From the IMG/VR virus record IMGVR_UViG_2718218452_000003: a DNA stretch of 35,148 nt. One strand, 5' to 3'. The notes beneath the pieces were generated by a model. The model had not been told where the DNA came from, ran no database searches, and was given only the letters and a program-made list of their open reading frames with translations. This document shows positions 18,146 through 27,532 of this stretch, one piece after another; the first letter of the stretch is position 1, and the number at the start of each line of letters is the position of its first letter. A program made the position numbers and the translations under genes. The stretch comes from a virus. Lineage: Duplodnaviria > Heunggongvirae > Uroviricota > Caudoviricetes.

Positions 18146-18534
18146 GCCGGATAGGCTCCGTGTGGTAACTGAAAATGCGGTCCGTCTTTCAGAGTCTTCC
18201 AGTCGCCTCCCCATTCCACCGGAATATTCAGTTCCCGGCTGGCCTGTCTGAATGCTGCTGCGATTTTTTCGTACAGCGGCCATTCCCATGACACCTGGCT
18301 GCCGATATAAGCCACAACATCCACGGCATGTCCCGTAAGGTGGCGGCTGTTCATGGTCTGGCTCTTACCCGTGGCCACCAGTTGCTTCTGGCGGTAACGG
18401 CTGCGCAACCCTTCGGTGATACCAAAATCCACTTCCGAGATTTCCAGTGCCCGTCGGGTCACTTTCACCAGATCAGGATTTACGCCCTGCAAATTCTTTT
18501 CGCTCCGGCTGCTGAATTTAAATGTGTTGCTCAT
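18142..18534 (-). CDS. Endolysin, peptidase M15-type (L-alanyl-D-glutamate peptidase-like)
   Basis: 130 aa with SRHLTGHAVDV and a later W...E/D region typical of M15 zinc peptidase endolysins. GGAG RBS; start overlaps the holin stop (ATGA). Confidence 0.7.
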   Translation of the reverse strand: MSNTFKFSSRSEKNLQGVNPDLVKVTRRALEISEVDFGITEGLRSRYRQKQLVATGKSQTMNSRHLTGHAVDVVAYIGSQVSWEWPLYEKIAAAFRQASRELNIPVEWGGDWKTLKDGPHFQLPHGAYPA

Positions 18535-18854
18535 TCGTCCTTCTCCTTCACCCTGCGATTAAAGGCCGCAATAACCTTGTCGCGTGCTTTCTCTGCCCCC
18601 ATAAAACCGATTGATGCGCCGATAAACGTCACGGCATCTTCAGGAAAACCGAAGAAGCGCAACGACCCGGCCACGGCCATGGCAAGAACGCCGCACGCCA
18701 GCGATCCCGTTACGGTCTGAACCAGTGTTCGTCCGTCATAAAGACTCATCAGCGCGGAAATGCTGACCGCCGCGCCTACTGCATACACCGTTGGCAGGTG
18801 GTCAAAGAGCCACGCAATAACCTGCTCTGTGATCCCTGTTTGAATGGTGCTCAC
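18531..18854 (-). CDS. Holin (three predicted TM segments)
   Basis: Start placed at GTG 18854, just after the gpX stop and preceded by a GGGGGGAG tract. Three hydrophobic segments and a charged C-terminus (KARDKVIAAFNRRVKEKDE). Confidence 0.6.
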   Translation of the reverse strand: MSTIQTGITEQVIAWLFDHLPTVYAVGAAVSISALMSLYDGRTLVQTVTGSLACGVLAMAVAGSLRFFGFPEDAVTFIGASIGFMGAEKARDKVIAAFNRRVKEKDE

Positions 18855-18856
18855 TG

Positions 18857-19057
18857 CTACTCCCCCCACAACTGAATCATTTCTCGTTTCTTCTTCTCCG
18901 GCTCCGGCATCTCCACTTCCTGCCCGGCGTCCAGAAATACCTGCTGACAGAGTCCGGGGTTGGCATCCAGCACCTTTTCGGTGACGCCCTGCGTCGTGCC
19001 GTAGTACCGGAAACAGAGCGAATCCACGGTGTCGCCTTCCAGTGCCTTCACTTTCAT
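18857..19057 (-). CDS. X: Tail protein X (LysM-like)
   Basis: 66 aa beginning MKVKALEGDTVDSLCFRYYG, typical of P2 gpX. Start overlaps the gpL stop. Confidence 0.8.
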   Translation of the reverse strand: MKVKALEGDTVDSLCFRYYGTTQGVTEKVLDANPGLCQQVFLDAGQEVEMPEPEKKKREMIQLWGE

Positions 19058-19551
19058 CAGCACAATTCCGCAAAGATTCGCGGGCGGCACAGAATGTCAG
19101 AGATGGCCCAGCTCACATCGCGCCACAAATCCGATGTCTGTATATCCAGTGCGTCCGCCCGGCGGTCGCCCTTGTCCGTTGTGTCTGCATCACGATAACG
19201 CTCCAGAATCAGGGCGCGCGTGGCGGTATAAACAGCATTGCGCCAGTGCCAGAGATTGACGCTTTCTCCGTTAATTACGGGTGCCGGAACATCGGCCAGC
19301 GTCTGATGGCCAGCTGCCTGCTGTTCCTGCTGCCATGCTTCCAGCTCGCGGGTAACGTGTGCCACAGCCCCGGTGGCAGTATGCAGCAGGCGGGAGGTGG
19401 TCACGCGGCCCGGCAGTCGTACCGCCAGACGCAGCTCGCGCAGCACAATATCCGGCCAGAATGCACCCGCTGAAATGCGGGTATCGCCATCATCGGTATC
19501 GGTGATGTCGTCCTCTGCGGGTCCGGGTTCAGTTCTGGCAACCATACTCAT
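19057..19551 (-). CDS. L: Head completion/stabilisation protein L
   Basis: 164 aa from ATG 19551, with GGAG 10 nt upstream. Position follows M. Confidence 0.8.
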   Translation of the reverse strand: MSMVARTEPGPAEDDITDTDDGDTRISAGAFWPDIVLRELRLAVRLPGRVTTSRLLHTATGAVAHVTRELEAWQQEQQAAGHQTLADVPAPVINGESVNLWHWRNAVYTATRALILERYRDADTTDKGDRRADALDIQTSDLWRDVSWAISDILCRPRIFAELC

Positions 19552-19653
19552 GGGGTTCACTCCTGAAAAAAATCGGGCGGTGGGTGCGCGGTGTAAACGG
19601 TCACGGAGTCAAACCGGAACACCGCGCACGCCGCCCGCTGACGGGGTCAGTCG

Positions 19654-20454
19654 TTAACCGCGCTTCGCCTTCTGCGTCGCGGTGGTTTTTCGTGTTGCAG
19701 GCTTCCGCGTTGTCTTTTTACTTTTGCTGCTTTCGTCCTGCGTCTGCTGTGCGCTGGCGTCTTCTGGTGCGGCTGCGGAATCGGCTTTTTTCAGGGCGCG
19801 GGAAAGGGTTGCAATCTCGCGTTTCACACCTGCGTTCGGGTTCAGGTGCATTGCTTCGCGCAGCAGCTTCAGTGACAGGGCCATGCTGTCCGCATCACTC
19901 AGGCCACGGCGGGCAAAGGCGCACGCTTTGCATAATTTGGCGCGCACTTCGTCCGGCATGTCCTGGTCGGTGACAATCTCCCGGAGGGTGTCCAGTGGTT
20001 CGATAAAGGCGGACAAATCCGCGTCGGCATCCGTCCCGGCCTGCGTCAGTACCGGATTACAGATTTCTTCGGTCAGTACCGTGGCAGCAGTACGTCCAAA
20101 GTTATCCGGCATGATGAGGTTGTGACGGACCACATATGCGCCAATACGCAGCGCCAGCGGAAGATCGCCGCAGTCAATCGCCCAGACCATCAGCGTGGCA
20201 ATCACTTCATCCTGCTGCCCGCCGTCAGCCTCCAGCGTTCCCTCAATCCAGCCGGAAAAGTCCGGCAATAACTCTTTTTTGATGGCGGCTTTCGCGCTTC
20301 TGGCCTGTACGCCCTTAAGCCGGGCCTGTACCAGACGCAGACGATACAGCACCTCTTCATGCGCGGTACGCGCGGCGTGGTCCACGCCTTCATTCGCCCG
20401 GCCTGCGCGCTGTGCCATCACGTTCTGCCAGTGTTGCTGTGCAGGAGTAATCAT
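19654..20454 (-). CDS. M: Terminase endonuclease (small) subunit M
   Basis: 266 aa with GGAGAG RBS, in the conserved position after the capsid gene N. Confidence 0.8.
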   Translation of the reverse strand: MITPAQQHWQNVMAQRAGRANEGVDHAARTAHEEVLYRLRLVQARLKGVQARSAKAAIKKELLPDFSGWIEGTLEADGGQQDEVIATLMVWAIDCGDLPLALRIGAYVVRHNLIMPDNFGRTAATVLTEEICNPVLTQAGTDADADLSAFIEPLDTLREIVTDQDMPDEVRAKLCKACAFARRGLSDADSMALSLKLLREAMHLNPNAGVKREIATLSRALKKADSAAAPEDASAQQTQDESSKSKKTTRKPATRKTTATQKAKRG

Positions 20455-20499
20455 TTTTTCTCTCCGTTACAGGCGGGCATGATGCCCGCCGTGAGGTGA

Positions 20500-21552
20500 T
20501 TAGCTGTCGGCGAACTTCAGGCCAGTGACCATCGCGCACTTGCCATAGTCTTCAACGACATAAGCGTCATTGATGGACTGGTAGGTGGCGATGCGGTTGT
20601 ATTCCGGCTCGTCTTTCATCAGGCGACGCATTGTTCCTTTCTGCCAGTAAATTGACAGGTTGTTGAACGAGGTGATCAGCATCGTTGCATCCGGGAAGAA
20701 CGGCGCAAGGAATACATCCAGCCCGCCAATGGCGCGCGATGACAGGATGAGCTGTCCGGCAAGTAATTCCGCATTGGGATTCTGGCCGCTGATGCTGTTC
20801 AGCACGGGCAGACGCAGCGAGTTAAACAGGTTGCGCCCCATAATCACCACGAGGTCGTCAGCTTCCTTGTGCCATTCATCCAGCAGGGATGAGCGCGCGT
20901 CTTGTACCAGTGCATCAGCGTTCGCATATTTACCCGCGTGCGCCACGGTGTTGTCCATGTTGCGGGAGGTCAGCGTTACATCATTCATAACGCGCTCGCT
21001 GGCGTCGGTTCTGATGTGCTCCAGCCATCCCACGTTAACGTCCTGAAGCAGCTTGTTAGTGCTGAAGTTGGACTCATCTGCGTGAGACGTGCCGTTGAAA
21101 CCGATCATGATGCGGTCAAGCGCCACCTGCCGGGCAATCTGTGTGCTGACGCGGGACTGAAAATCAGGGTGTGCCGCCCAGGCATCAAGCTGCGGATACG
21201 AAATAAACGTGTCGTAGTTCACCTGTTCGCACTGGTATTTGCGGTTTTTCAGATCAACCACGTTATTCGGGTTACGGCGTTTTGTGCCGTCATAACTGGT
21301 ATTCGTGCGCGCAATCGGCCCGGTGGTGTCCAGGAGGATTTTTTCGCCTTTCTGGTCAGTCACACCGAACACGTTAATTTTTTTTGTAAATTCAGTGCTC
21401 TCCTTTACTGCGTTTTCAAAACGCTGCTGCACCGAGGGTTCCACGGTAAATCGCGATACCAGTGCAGATACCGGGATATTGTTAAGCGACGCCTGCTGCG
21501 CCATATAGCAACCCAGCTTGTTGCGGGTAATATCTGACATCACCAGATTCAT
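20500..21552 (-). CDS. N: Major capsid protein N
   Basis: 350 aa with AAGGAG RBS. Conserved blocks (FTVEPSV, GFNG, DVxVGWL, DLVVIMGR, YVVEDY) resemble P2 gpN. Confidence 0.9.
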   Translation of the reverse strand: MNLVMSDITRNKLGCYMAQQASLNNIPVSALVSRFTVEPSVQQRFENAVKESTEFTKKINVFGVTDQKGEKILLDTTGPIARTNTSYDGTKRRNPNNVVDLKNRKYQCEQVNYDTFISYPQLDAWAAHPDFQSRVSTQIARQVALDRIMIGFNGTSHADESNFSTNKLLQDVNVGWLEHIRTDASERVMNDVTLTSRNMDNTVAHAGKYANADALVQDARSSLLDEWHKEADDLVVIMGRNLFNSLRLPVLNSISGQNPNAELLAGQLILSSRAIGGLDVFLAPFFPDATMLITSFNNLSIYWQKGTMRRLMKDEPEYNRIATYQSINDAYVVEDYGKCAMVTGLKFADS

Positions 21553-21574
21553 AAAAATTTGCTCCTTTGTCTTA

Positions 21575-22411
21575 TCAGAAGTCAGCCAGCTGGTCGGAGG
21601 CTGCGCCCGTTGCGGTGAAGCGGTTCTGCGGATCGCCGTCCTGCGTGCGCAGTTTTTCCTTCAGTGCTGTCAGCTCTGTGGTCAGTGACGTGATTTTCTG
21701 GCGGTCCTGCTGATGGCGGGTTTCCAGCACATTAAAACGGTCGATAATGTCGGCCTGTGACGTTGCGACGCCTTCCACCGCTTCCTGAATACGGGAGAAA
21801 CTGGCGTCATCCGCTTTGCGGCCACGGCCAATAATCCCCATAACGCGGTTAAACCACTGGGTGCCTTCTTCCTGGCGTTGTTCTGCCATTTCGATGATTT
21901 CAGACTCGATGGCTTCGGAAATGAGCGGTGCTTCACCCTGGACACTGTTGAACGTCATCACCGCCTGACGTTGCTGTGCCGTGAATTTCAGGCGCTCAGT
22001 GCCCAGGCTTGCCGGGGTGTCGGTCATCGCCAGCCCGACCAGATAGGCGCGCCCGTTAACGGAGAACTGCGGGTGCAGTTCGATACTGGAATAGATTTTC
22101 TTGCCGTCCGCGACAAGCTGCTTCATGCGCTCGGTCGGTTCGATTTCTGCATACAGCGCAGTACGTCCGGCCAGCGGACCTTCCGTAATGTCTTCCGTAC
22201 TCAGTGCGGTGACATCGCCCATTGCGGAAAATTCGCTTGACGGGCATGGCGAGAGATAGTGCTCAACGTTCACGCGGGCAGCGTAAACATCCGGGTTGAA
22301 GTTCTCGGCGGCTTCACGCAGATGTACCGGGCTGATTTCGCGGCCATCAACAGTTGATCCGGAGACAGCCACGCGAAACTTTTTGCGGGATGTCTTTTTT
22401 TCATTAGCCAT
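21575..22411 (-). CDS. O: Capsid scaffolding protein O
   Basis: Start at ATG 22411. N-terminal FRVAVSGSTVDGREI and YLVGLAMTDTPASLGTE match gpO-type scaffold/protease proteins. Confidence 0.85.
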   Translation of the reverse strand: MANEKKTSRKKFRVAVSGSTVDGREISPVHLREAAENFNPDVYAARVNVEHYLSPCPSSEFSAMGDVTALSTEDITEGPLAGRTALYAEIEPTERMKQLVADGKKIYSSIELHPQFSVNGRAYLVGLAMTDTPASLGTERLKFTAQQRQAVMTFNSVQGEAPLISEAIESEIIEMAEQRQEEGTQWFNRVMGIIGRGRKADDASFSRIQEAVEGVATSQADIIDRFNVLETRHQQDRQKITSLTTELTALKEKLRTQDGDPQNRFTATGAASDQLADF

Positions 22412-22565
22412 AGTTTTTGCCCCTCTGACTGGTTCTTCAGTCATGATGGCAAAGCGTAACAGGCTGATACAAAGGGCTTTTGTTGTAAGAAAACGGCCAG
22501 AACAGGGGGTTAAGGAGAACAGTTTCGCGCGCGGGTAATCTTCCTGTAATTACTCAGGGGGAGCA

Positions 22566-24317
22566 ATGATTCAGGACGCTTTTGTGCGCCAGCGTGCGCG
22601 ACAACTTTACTGGCAGGGTTATCCGCCCGCAGAAATATCACGTCTGATGGGAATAAACCCGAACACGATTTATGCGTGGAAAAAACGCGACCAGTGGGAT
22701 GAAACGCCACCCGTGCAGCGTGTCACGCAGTCCATCGATGCGCGCCTCATCCAGCTCACTGAAAAACAGAATAAAACAGGTGGTGACTTCAAGGAAATAG
22801 ACCTGCTGACCCGGCAGCTTAAAAAACTGCATGATGGCCAGCCGGATGCGACGGCCACAGGGAAGAAAGGCCGGGCGAAAAAACTCAAAAATCATTTCAC
22901 GCCGGAACAGATTGCCGCACTGCGGGAAAAAATCATCAGCAGGCTGGAGTGGCATCAGCGGGGCTGGTTTGACTCCCTGACCCTTTGCAGGGAAGCCGGG
23001 ATACGTAACAGGATGATCCTGAAATCCCGACAGATTGGGGCGACCTGGTATTTTGCACAGGAAGCACTGCTGATGGCGCTGCGTGACGATGTGGCGCAAC
23101 CTTACCAGCGTAACCAGATTTTTTTGTCTGCGTCGCGTCGTCAGGCGTTCCAGTTTAAAAGCATTATTCAGAAGGCTGCGGCTGAAGTTGATGTGGAGCT
23201 GAAAGGGGGCGATAAAATCATCCTCTCCAACGGCGCAGAGCTGCATTTTCTCGGCACTTCTGCTGCGTCGGCGCAGTCCTATACGGGCAATTTTTATTTT
23301 GATGAATTTTTCTGGGTCAGTCGCTTTGCTGAACTGCGCAAGGTGGCTGGCGCTATGGCAACCCTCAGCGGACTGCGGCGCACCTACTTCTCCACGCCAT
23401 CCACCGAAACGCACGAAGCATACGCCTACTGGAACGGCGACCGCTGGAACGAGAAAAAGGCCACGCATAAACGCCAGCGTTTTTCTGTGGACTGGAAAAC
23501 GCTGCATAACGGGCTTATCTGCCCTGACCGGATGTGGCGGCAAATTGTCACGCTGGAAGATGTGGTTAATCACGGCTGGAAACACACCGATATCGACGAA
23601 ATTCGTGATGAATACACCGAAGACGAGTTCCTCAATCTCTATATGTGTGAGTTTGTCCGCGAAGGGGAATCGGCATTTAACCTGAATATCCTGATTGGCT
23701 GCGGTGTTGACGGATACGACGACTGGAAAGACTGGAAACCTTTTGCTCCCCGCCCGATGGGGAATCGTCCGGTATGGATTGGGTATGACGCAAACGGCAG
23801 CAGTGGCAACGGCGACAGCGGCGCTGTGTCCGTGGTGGTTCCTCCGGCTGTTCCTGGTGGCCGTTTTCGAACGGTGGAGACGCGACGCGTTCAGGGGCTG
23901 GAGTTTGAAGAACAGGCCAGAGTCATTGAAGATTTCACGTATCGCTACAACGTGGAACACATCGGCATTGATGTGACGGGCGGGAACGGGGAGGCTGTTT
24001 ATCAGATAGTGAAACGGTTTTTCCCTGCCGCTATTCCGTACACCTTCACGCTGTCATCAAAACGGTCGCTGGTACTGAAAATGCTGCAAATAATGCGTGC
24101 CGGGCGGTGGGAATACGATCGCGCCGAACGCGAGCTGGTCGCGGCCTTTAACGCCGTGCGTAAGGTGAAAACACCGGGCGGCTTTATCACTTACGAAACG
24201 GACCGCGCGAGGGGGATCAGCCACGGCGACCTTGCGTGGGCAACCATGCTTGCTGTCATTAACGAACCAATTGGCGGCGAAGGAGAAAACGAGCGTTTCA
24301 CGGTTATGGAGTTCTGA
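22566..24317 (+). CDS. P: Terminase ATPase (large) subunit P
   Basis: 583 aa, transcribed divergently from O as in P2. GGGGGA RBS. Confidence 0.9.
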   Translation: MIQDAFVRQRARQLYWQGYPPAEISRLMGINPNTIYAWKKRDQWDETPPVQRVTQSIDARLIQLTEKQNKTGGDFKEIDLLTRQLKKLHDGQPDATATGKKGRAKKLKNHFTPEQIAALREKIISRLEWHQRGWFDSLTLCREAGIRNRMILKSRQIGATWYFAQEALLMALRDDVAQPYQRNQIFLSASRRQAFQFKSIIQKAAAEVDVELKGGDKIILSNGAELHFLGTSAASAQSYTGNFYFDEFFWVSRFAELRKVAGAMATLSGLRRTYFSTPSTETHEAYAYWNGDRWNEKKATHKRQRFSVDWKTLHNGLICPDRMWRQIVTLEDVVNHGWKHTDIDEIRDEYTEDEFLNLYMCEFVREGESAFNLNILIGCGVDGYDDWKDWKPFAPRPMGNRPVWIGYDANGSSGNGDSGAVSVVVPPAVPGGRFRTVETRRVQGLEFEEQARVIEDFTYRYNVEHIGIDVTGGNGEAVYQIVKRFFPAAIPYTFTLSSKRSLVLKMLQIMRAGRWEYDRAERELVAAFNAVRKVKTPGGFITYETDRARGISHGDLAWATMLAVINEPIGGEGENERFTVMEF

Positions 24318-25363
24318 TGAGCAGAAAAAATAAAAAAGTGCGCATGAGTTCACGCATTGATCTCGCTGATGCACTCAGGAAAGAATCGTCGCTCAGTGCA
24401 TTCACTTTTGATGGTCCTTATCGCCTGACCGGGCATGATTTGCTGGACAATATGTACTGTGCTGATAACGGGCGGTGGTATGAAACCCCGGTAGACTGGT
24501 ACGGTCTGGCAAGAGCTGCCCGGCAAACGTCCTGGCATCAGTCTGCGCTTTACTTTAAGCGCAATGTATTGCTCGGCTGCTATATTCCGCACCCGCTGCT
24601 TTCCCGGCAGGATTTCTCGGCGCTGGCGCTGGACTGGTTTGTGTTCGGTAACGCATTCCTTGAGCTTCGAAGCAATATGCTCGGCGAACCGCTTAAATTA
24701 CGGCACGCCCTGGCGAAATACATGCGACGCGGAAGCGATCTTGAATCATGGTGGTATGTGCAGGATGGCAAGGATGCGTTTCAGTTTCGCCCTGGTAAAG
24801 TGTGCCACCTGATGAATCCTGACATTAACCAGGAAATCTACGGCATGCCGGAATATCTTGGCGCATTACTCTCGGCCAGCCTGTCTCATTCGGCGGACAT
24901 GTTCAGAAAACTGTATTACGACAACGGATCCCACGCCGGGTGCATCATCTACATCGGTGCAGCGCAGGTAAACCGCGAAAGCATGGACTCCCTGAAAGAA
25001 ACGCTACAGGGTGCACGTGGTGGTGGTGCGTTTAAAAACGTGCTCATTCATGCCCCCAACGGTGGCAAAGAGGGGGTGCAAATTTTGCCGTTCCAGCAGA
25101 TCACCGCAAAGGATGAGTTCATGAATGTTAAGGCGGCATCCCGTGATGATGTGCTGGCTGCGCACCGCGTTCCGCCGCAACTGATGGGGGCGATGCCGGG
25201 CGAAAAAAGTGCGTTTGGTGATGTGGAGAAGGCCGCGCGGGTTTACGCAATTAACGAGCTGATGCCCGTCATGGAGGCCATGAAGCATATCAATGACTGG
25301 CTTGGCGAAGAGGTGATCCGATTTAACCCTTACGCACTGCTGGACACCCAGCCCACATCCTGA
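24317..25363 (+). CDS. Q: Portal (capsid) protein Q
   Basis: 348 aa. Start overlaps the P stop (TGATG). Confidence 0.9.
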   Translation: MSRKNKKVRMSSRIDLADALRKESSLSAFTFDGPYRLTGHDLLDNMYCADNGRWYETPVDWYGLARAARQTSWHQSALYFKRNVLLGCYIPHPLLSRQDFSALALDWFVFGNAFLELRSNMLGEPLKLRHALAKYMRRGSDLESWWYVQDGKDAFQFRPGKVCHLMNPDINQEIYGMPEYLGALLSASLSHSADMFRKLYYDNGSHAGCIIYIGAAQVNRESMDSLKETLQGARGGGAFKNVLIHAPNGGKEGVQILPFQQITAKDEFMNVKAASRDDVLAAHRVPPQLMGAMPGEKSAFGDVEKAARVYAINELMPVMEAMKHINDWLGEEVIRFNPYALLDTQPTS

Positions 25364-25390
25364 CGCGCTTCGCTTGTCTGCTGCTTCGCC

Positions 25391-25413
25391 GGGGCATAAA
25401 AAATTTATGCCCC
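25391..25413. terminator. GC-clamped hairpin immediately downstream of Q (stem GGGGCATAAA/TTTATGCCCC)
   Basis: 10-bp perfect stem with a 3-nt loop. No clear U-tract follows, so it may be a terminator or a packaging-region structure. The cos site is expected nearby by synteny but was not identified. Confidence 0.4.
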
Positions 25414-25787
25414 GACTCTCCAACTCCTGTATCAATCAGATAATTTCACGACGTCTTCCAGCTTATCGCCATCATCGACGGTCAGGCTCTTACGCAATCC
25501 CACTGCGCTGACTGCATGTTCTCGCCGCCTCAGTGCGATTTTGACGGCCTTATCTGCTACCCCATCAAATCAAAAGTCCTCACGTCTTTTTCATGCTCAG
25601 CGTGAGAAATACAGCCATTCTGTTGTGTCGCTGCGACATCGTTCAGGGGATGCTATTTACCCCCTGAAACGCGGGCTGTTCCCCCGTCACCTGCGCGCAG
25701 AAAAAACGCGTTTTTTTGTGCACGCACGGATCCTTGACGGATCCAGTCGCCACGCGGGCCGGAAGGGTAAAAAGTTGTTCAAAAAAA

Positions 25788-25826
25788 TTGTGCAAATTTG
25801 TGCACTATTGTGCGGTGTATAAAATG
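25788..25826 (+). promoter_or_regulatory. Candidate promoter/operator of the toxin-antitoxin operon
   Basis: Three direct repeats of (A/T)TTGTGC at 25788, 25798 and 25808 with a 10-bp period, followed by a -10-like TATAAAAT at 25819..25826, about 60 nt upstream of the antitoxin start. Confidence 0.45.
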
Positions 25827-25887
25827 AAAATATGGCGGTGTTATTACTGCCCAACAAGCCGTTATACTTACGTTATGGGCGTGCATA

Positions 25888-26244
25888 ATGGAAATGAATA
25901 TGAAAACTGTAACTGATGATGAATTTCGTGAGAACCTGAGTGAAATTCTGGATTACCTTTCTTCCGGTGGCAGTGTCGTTATCACGGCGCAGGGAGGGAA
26001 GGATGTTGTTCTTGCTGGTTCTGATCTTAGTCCTGAAATACGGGCTGTCCTTGGCAAAACCAAAAAACTGCGGGATCAAATAAACAAAATGAAGCAACCA
26101 CTCTTAATAAATGCAGTGAGAGATCTGGAAAAACGTCATCCAGCTCTTGTCGCACAGAGAAAAAAAGGATTGTCTTTTGAAGATGCAATGAAGCGTACAA
26201 GAGAAAAACATGCGGATATCATTAAAAAGCTTGAGGATAACTGA
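25888..26244 (+). CDS. Phd/YefM-like antitoxin
   Basis: N-terminal region FRENLSEILDYLSSGGSVVITAQGGKDVVL fits the Phd/YefM fold pattern. Stop overlaps the toxin start by 1 nt. Alternative ATG starts at 25894 and 25900. Confidence 0.6.
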   Translation: MEMNMKTVTDDEFRENLSEILDYLSSGGSVVITAQGGKDVVLAGSDLSPEIRAVLGKTKKLRDQINKMKQPLLINAVRDLEKRHPALVAQRKKGLSFEDAMKRTREKHADIIKKLEDN

Positions 26245-26651
26245 TGGACATAGTGTTTTTGTCAAAAGAACAAGTAGAACGTATCCATGCTGAAACTTTA
26301 CCCCAGAGCGGAAATGCCAATGACGGGCTACTTGAAGGTGCTTTAAATCGCGTCAGGACACTACACTACTATGAAGGGGTTGATGATATTCATGCTCTGG
26401 CTGCTATGTATTTGATTGGTATAGCCAAGGCTCATGCCTTTCATGATGGGAATAAACGCACAGCTTTTCAGGCTGCATCAATATTTTTAATGATGAACTC
26501 TTCCGAACTTTCAAACTCCCTGCTGCTGGTTAAATTAACGGTGTTTTCAGCAATGGGGATAGCTACCCTTGAGGAAGTTACCTTTGCTTTGAAATTGCTG
26601 TCTGATTATGGCAATGAATTAATCAGCGACTACGAAGAAGATTATATTTAA
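26244..26651 (+). CDS. doc: Doc/Fic-family toxin
   Basis: 135 aa with the Doc-type Fic motif HAFHDGNKRTA. Coupled to the upstream antitoxin. AT-rich. Confidence 0.75.
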   Translation: MDIVFLSKEQVERIHAETLPQSGNANDGLLEGALNRVRTLHYYEGVDDIHALAAMYLIGIAKAHAFHDGNKRTAFQAASIFLMMNSSELSNSLLLVKLTVFSAMGIATLEEVTFALKLLSDYGNELISDYEEDYI

Positions 26652-26817
26652 TGCTGGCATACTCTGTCGTGTTAAGACAACAGCCTTTGCGGAGACAGGG
26701 CAGGGTGCCAGACTTGCCCGCAGCGCGTCTGACATGAGCAGTTATTCATCTTTTTTATTGTTTTTCTCCATGCAGGGCGACAGTGCGCCCCGATAAAATT
26801 AAAAGCCGTCAAATTCG

Positions 26818-27153
26818 TCATTCATGCGTTTTTTCTTCATGGTCTGTCACTTCTCTCCTGATAACTTCATTGCACAAATCAACGCACTCATTGCAGATGT
26901 AAACAGACGGTCCGGCAATCACCTTTGTGACTTCGTACTGGGATTTATTGCAGAAGCTGCAATAAATCGTCTCCTCACCTGAAGTCCATGTTTTGCTGGT
27001 TTCGCCAGACATCAGTTGTTTGAGGTCTTTTTCACGACGAAGAACTATCTGGCCACATTCAGCTATTTTTTGGATGTTGACATTTTCTTCTTTCGCCAGC
27101 GCTTCCATCCGCTCAATCAGTCGCTGCGCTTTTTCTCTGTCAATGCGTTGCAT
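26818..27153 (-). CDS. ClpX-type zinc-finger (C4) domain protein with N-terminal coiled coil
   Basis: C-terminal [35 protein letters not shown] matches the ClpX N-terminal zinc-binding domain (C-x2-C-x18-C-x2-C). No AAA+ module. GGGGG RBS. Confidence 0.7.
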   Translation of the reverse strand: MQRIDREKAQRLIERMEALAKEENVNIQKIAECGQIVLRREKDLKQLMSGETSKTWTSGEETIYCSFCNKSQYEVTKVIAGPSVYICNECVDLCNEVIRREVTDHEEKTHE

Positions 27154-27216
27154 TGTGTCCCCCTTGTTTATGTTCCCGGGTTAAAGTCATCAGGGCGGAT
27201 GCGCACTGATGTTGTG

Positions 27217-27528
27217 TTATTCGGGAAATAACGCCCGGATATTTCCAGCCATCTGACTGGTTATCTGTGCGGTTGATACTGGCTGTGACGCGGGGCGTTC
27301 TGTCCTGGTTTGTGTCACTGATAACGCTTCATCATCAGCCCATGCAGCCAGTCGGTAAGCCTCTGCCGGATTCATTTTCAGAAGTGCCAGCCCGGCCAGA
27401 AAAGCCACGCGTTGGCCGCTTTTGCGCGCTTCTGGTGTAAGGCTGTCCAGCCAGGCGCATGCTTCACCTTCGTTCTTGACGGCGGCGGGCTTCAGATAGA
27501 AACTTATCCGTCTGGTTGGTGTCGTCAT
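27217..27528 (-). CDS. parR: ParR-like centromere-binding protein (partner of ParM)
   Basis: 103 aa from ATG 27528, with AAGGAG RBS, directly downstream of the ParM-like gene. Region RRISFYLKP...LDSLTPEARKSGQRVAFLAGLAL resembles R1 ParR / R100 StbB. The track ORF is extended to 27663. Confidence 0.55.
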   Translation of the reverse strand: MTTPTRRISFYLKPAAVKNEGEACAWLDSLTPEARKSGQRVAFLAGLALLKMNPAEAYRLAAWADDEALSVTQTRTERPASQPVSTAQITSQMAGNIRALFPE

Positions 27529-27532
27529 TGGT

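Noticed and set aside
18531-19090. Extended N-terminal portions of the 180-aa and 77-aa track ORFs in the holin/gpX region
   Set aside because: The extensions overlap each other in different frames. Shorter starts (GTG 18854 for the holin, ATG 19057 for gpX) give the expected sizes with RBS-like sequences and tight gene packing.
22412-22565. Canonical Ogr-dependent late-promoter dyad (TGT-N12-ACA) in the P/O divergent region
   Set aside because: I scanned this region by eye and found no exact TGT-N12-ACA; only TGT-N15-ACA near 22484..22504. Late promoters probably exist here but cannot be placed without a proper motif search.
22638-23960. 440-aa minus-strand ORF inside terminase gene P
   Set aside because: Antisense to a conserved terminase ATPase gene; no RBS and no recognisable motifs.
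25364-25887. P2-type 19-nt cos site downstream of Q
   Set aside because: Expected here by synteny, but I could not match the recalled P2 cohesive-end sequence. Only a loose resemblance around 25499..25515, too weak to annotate.
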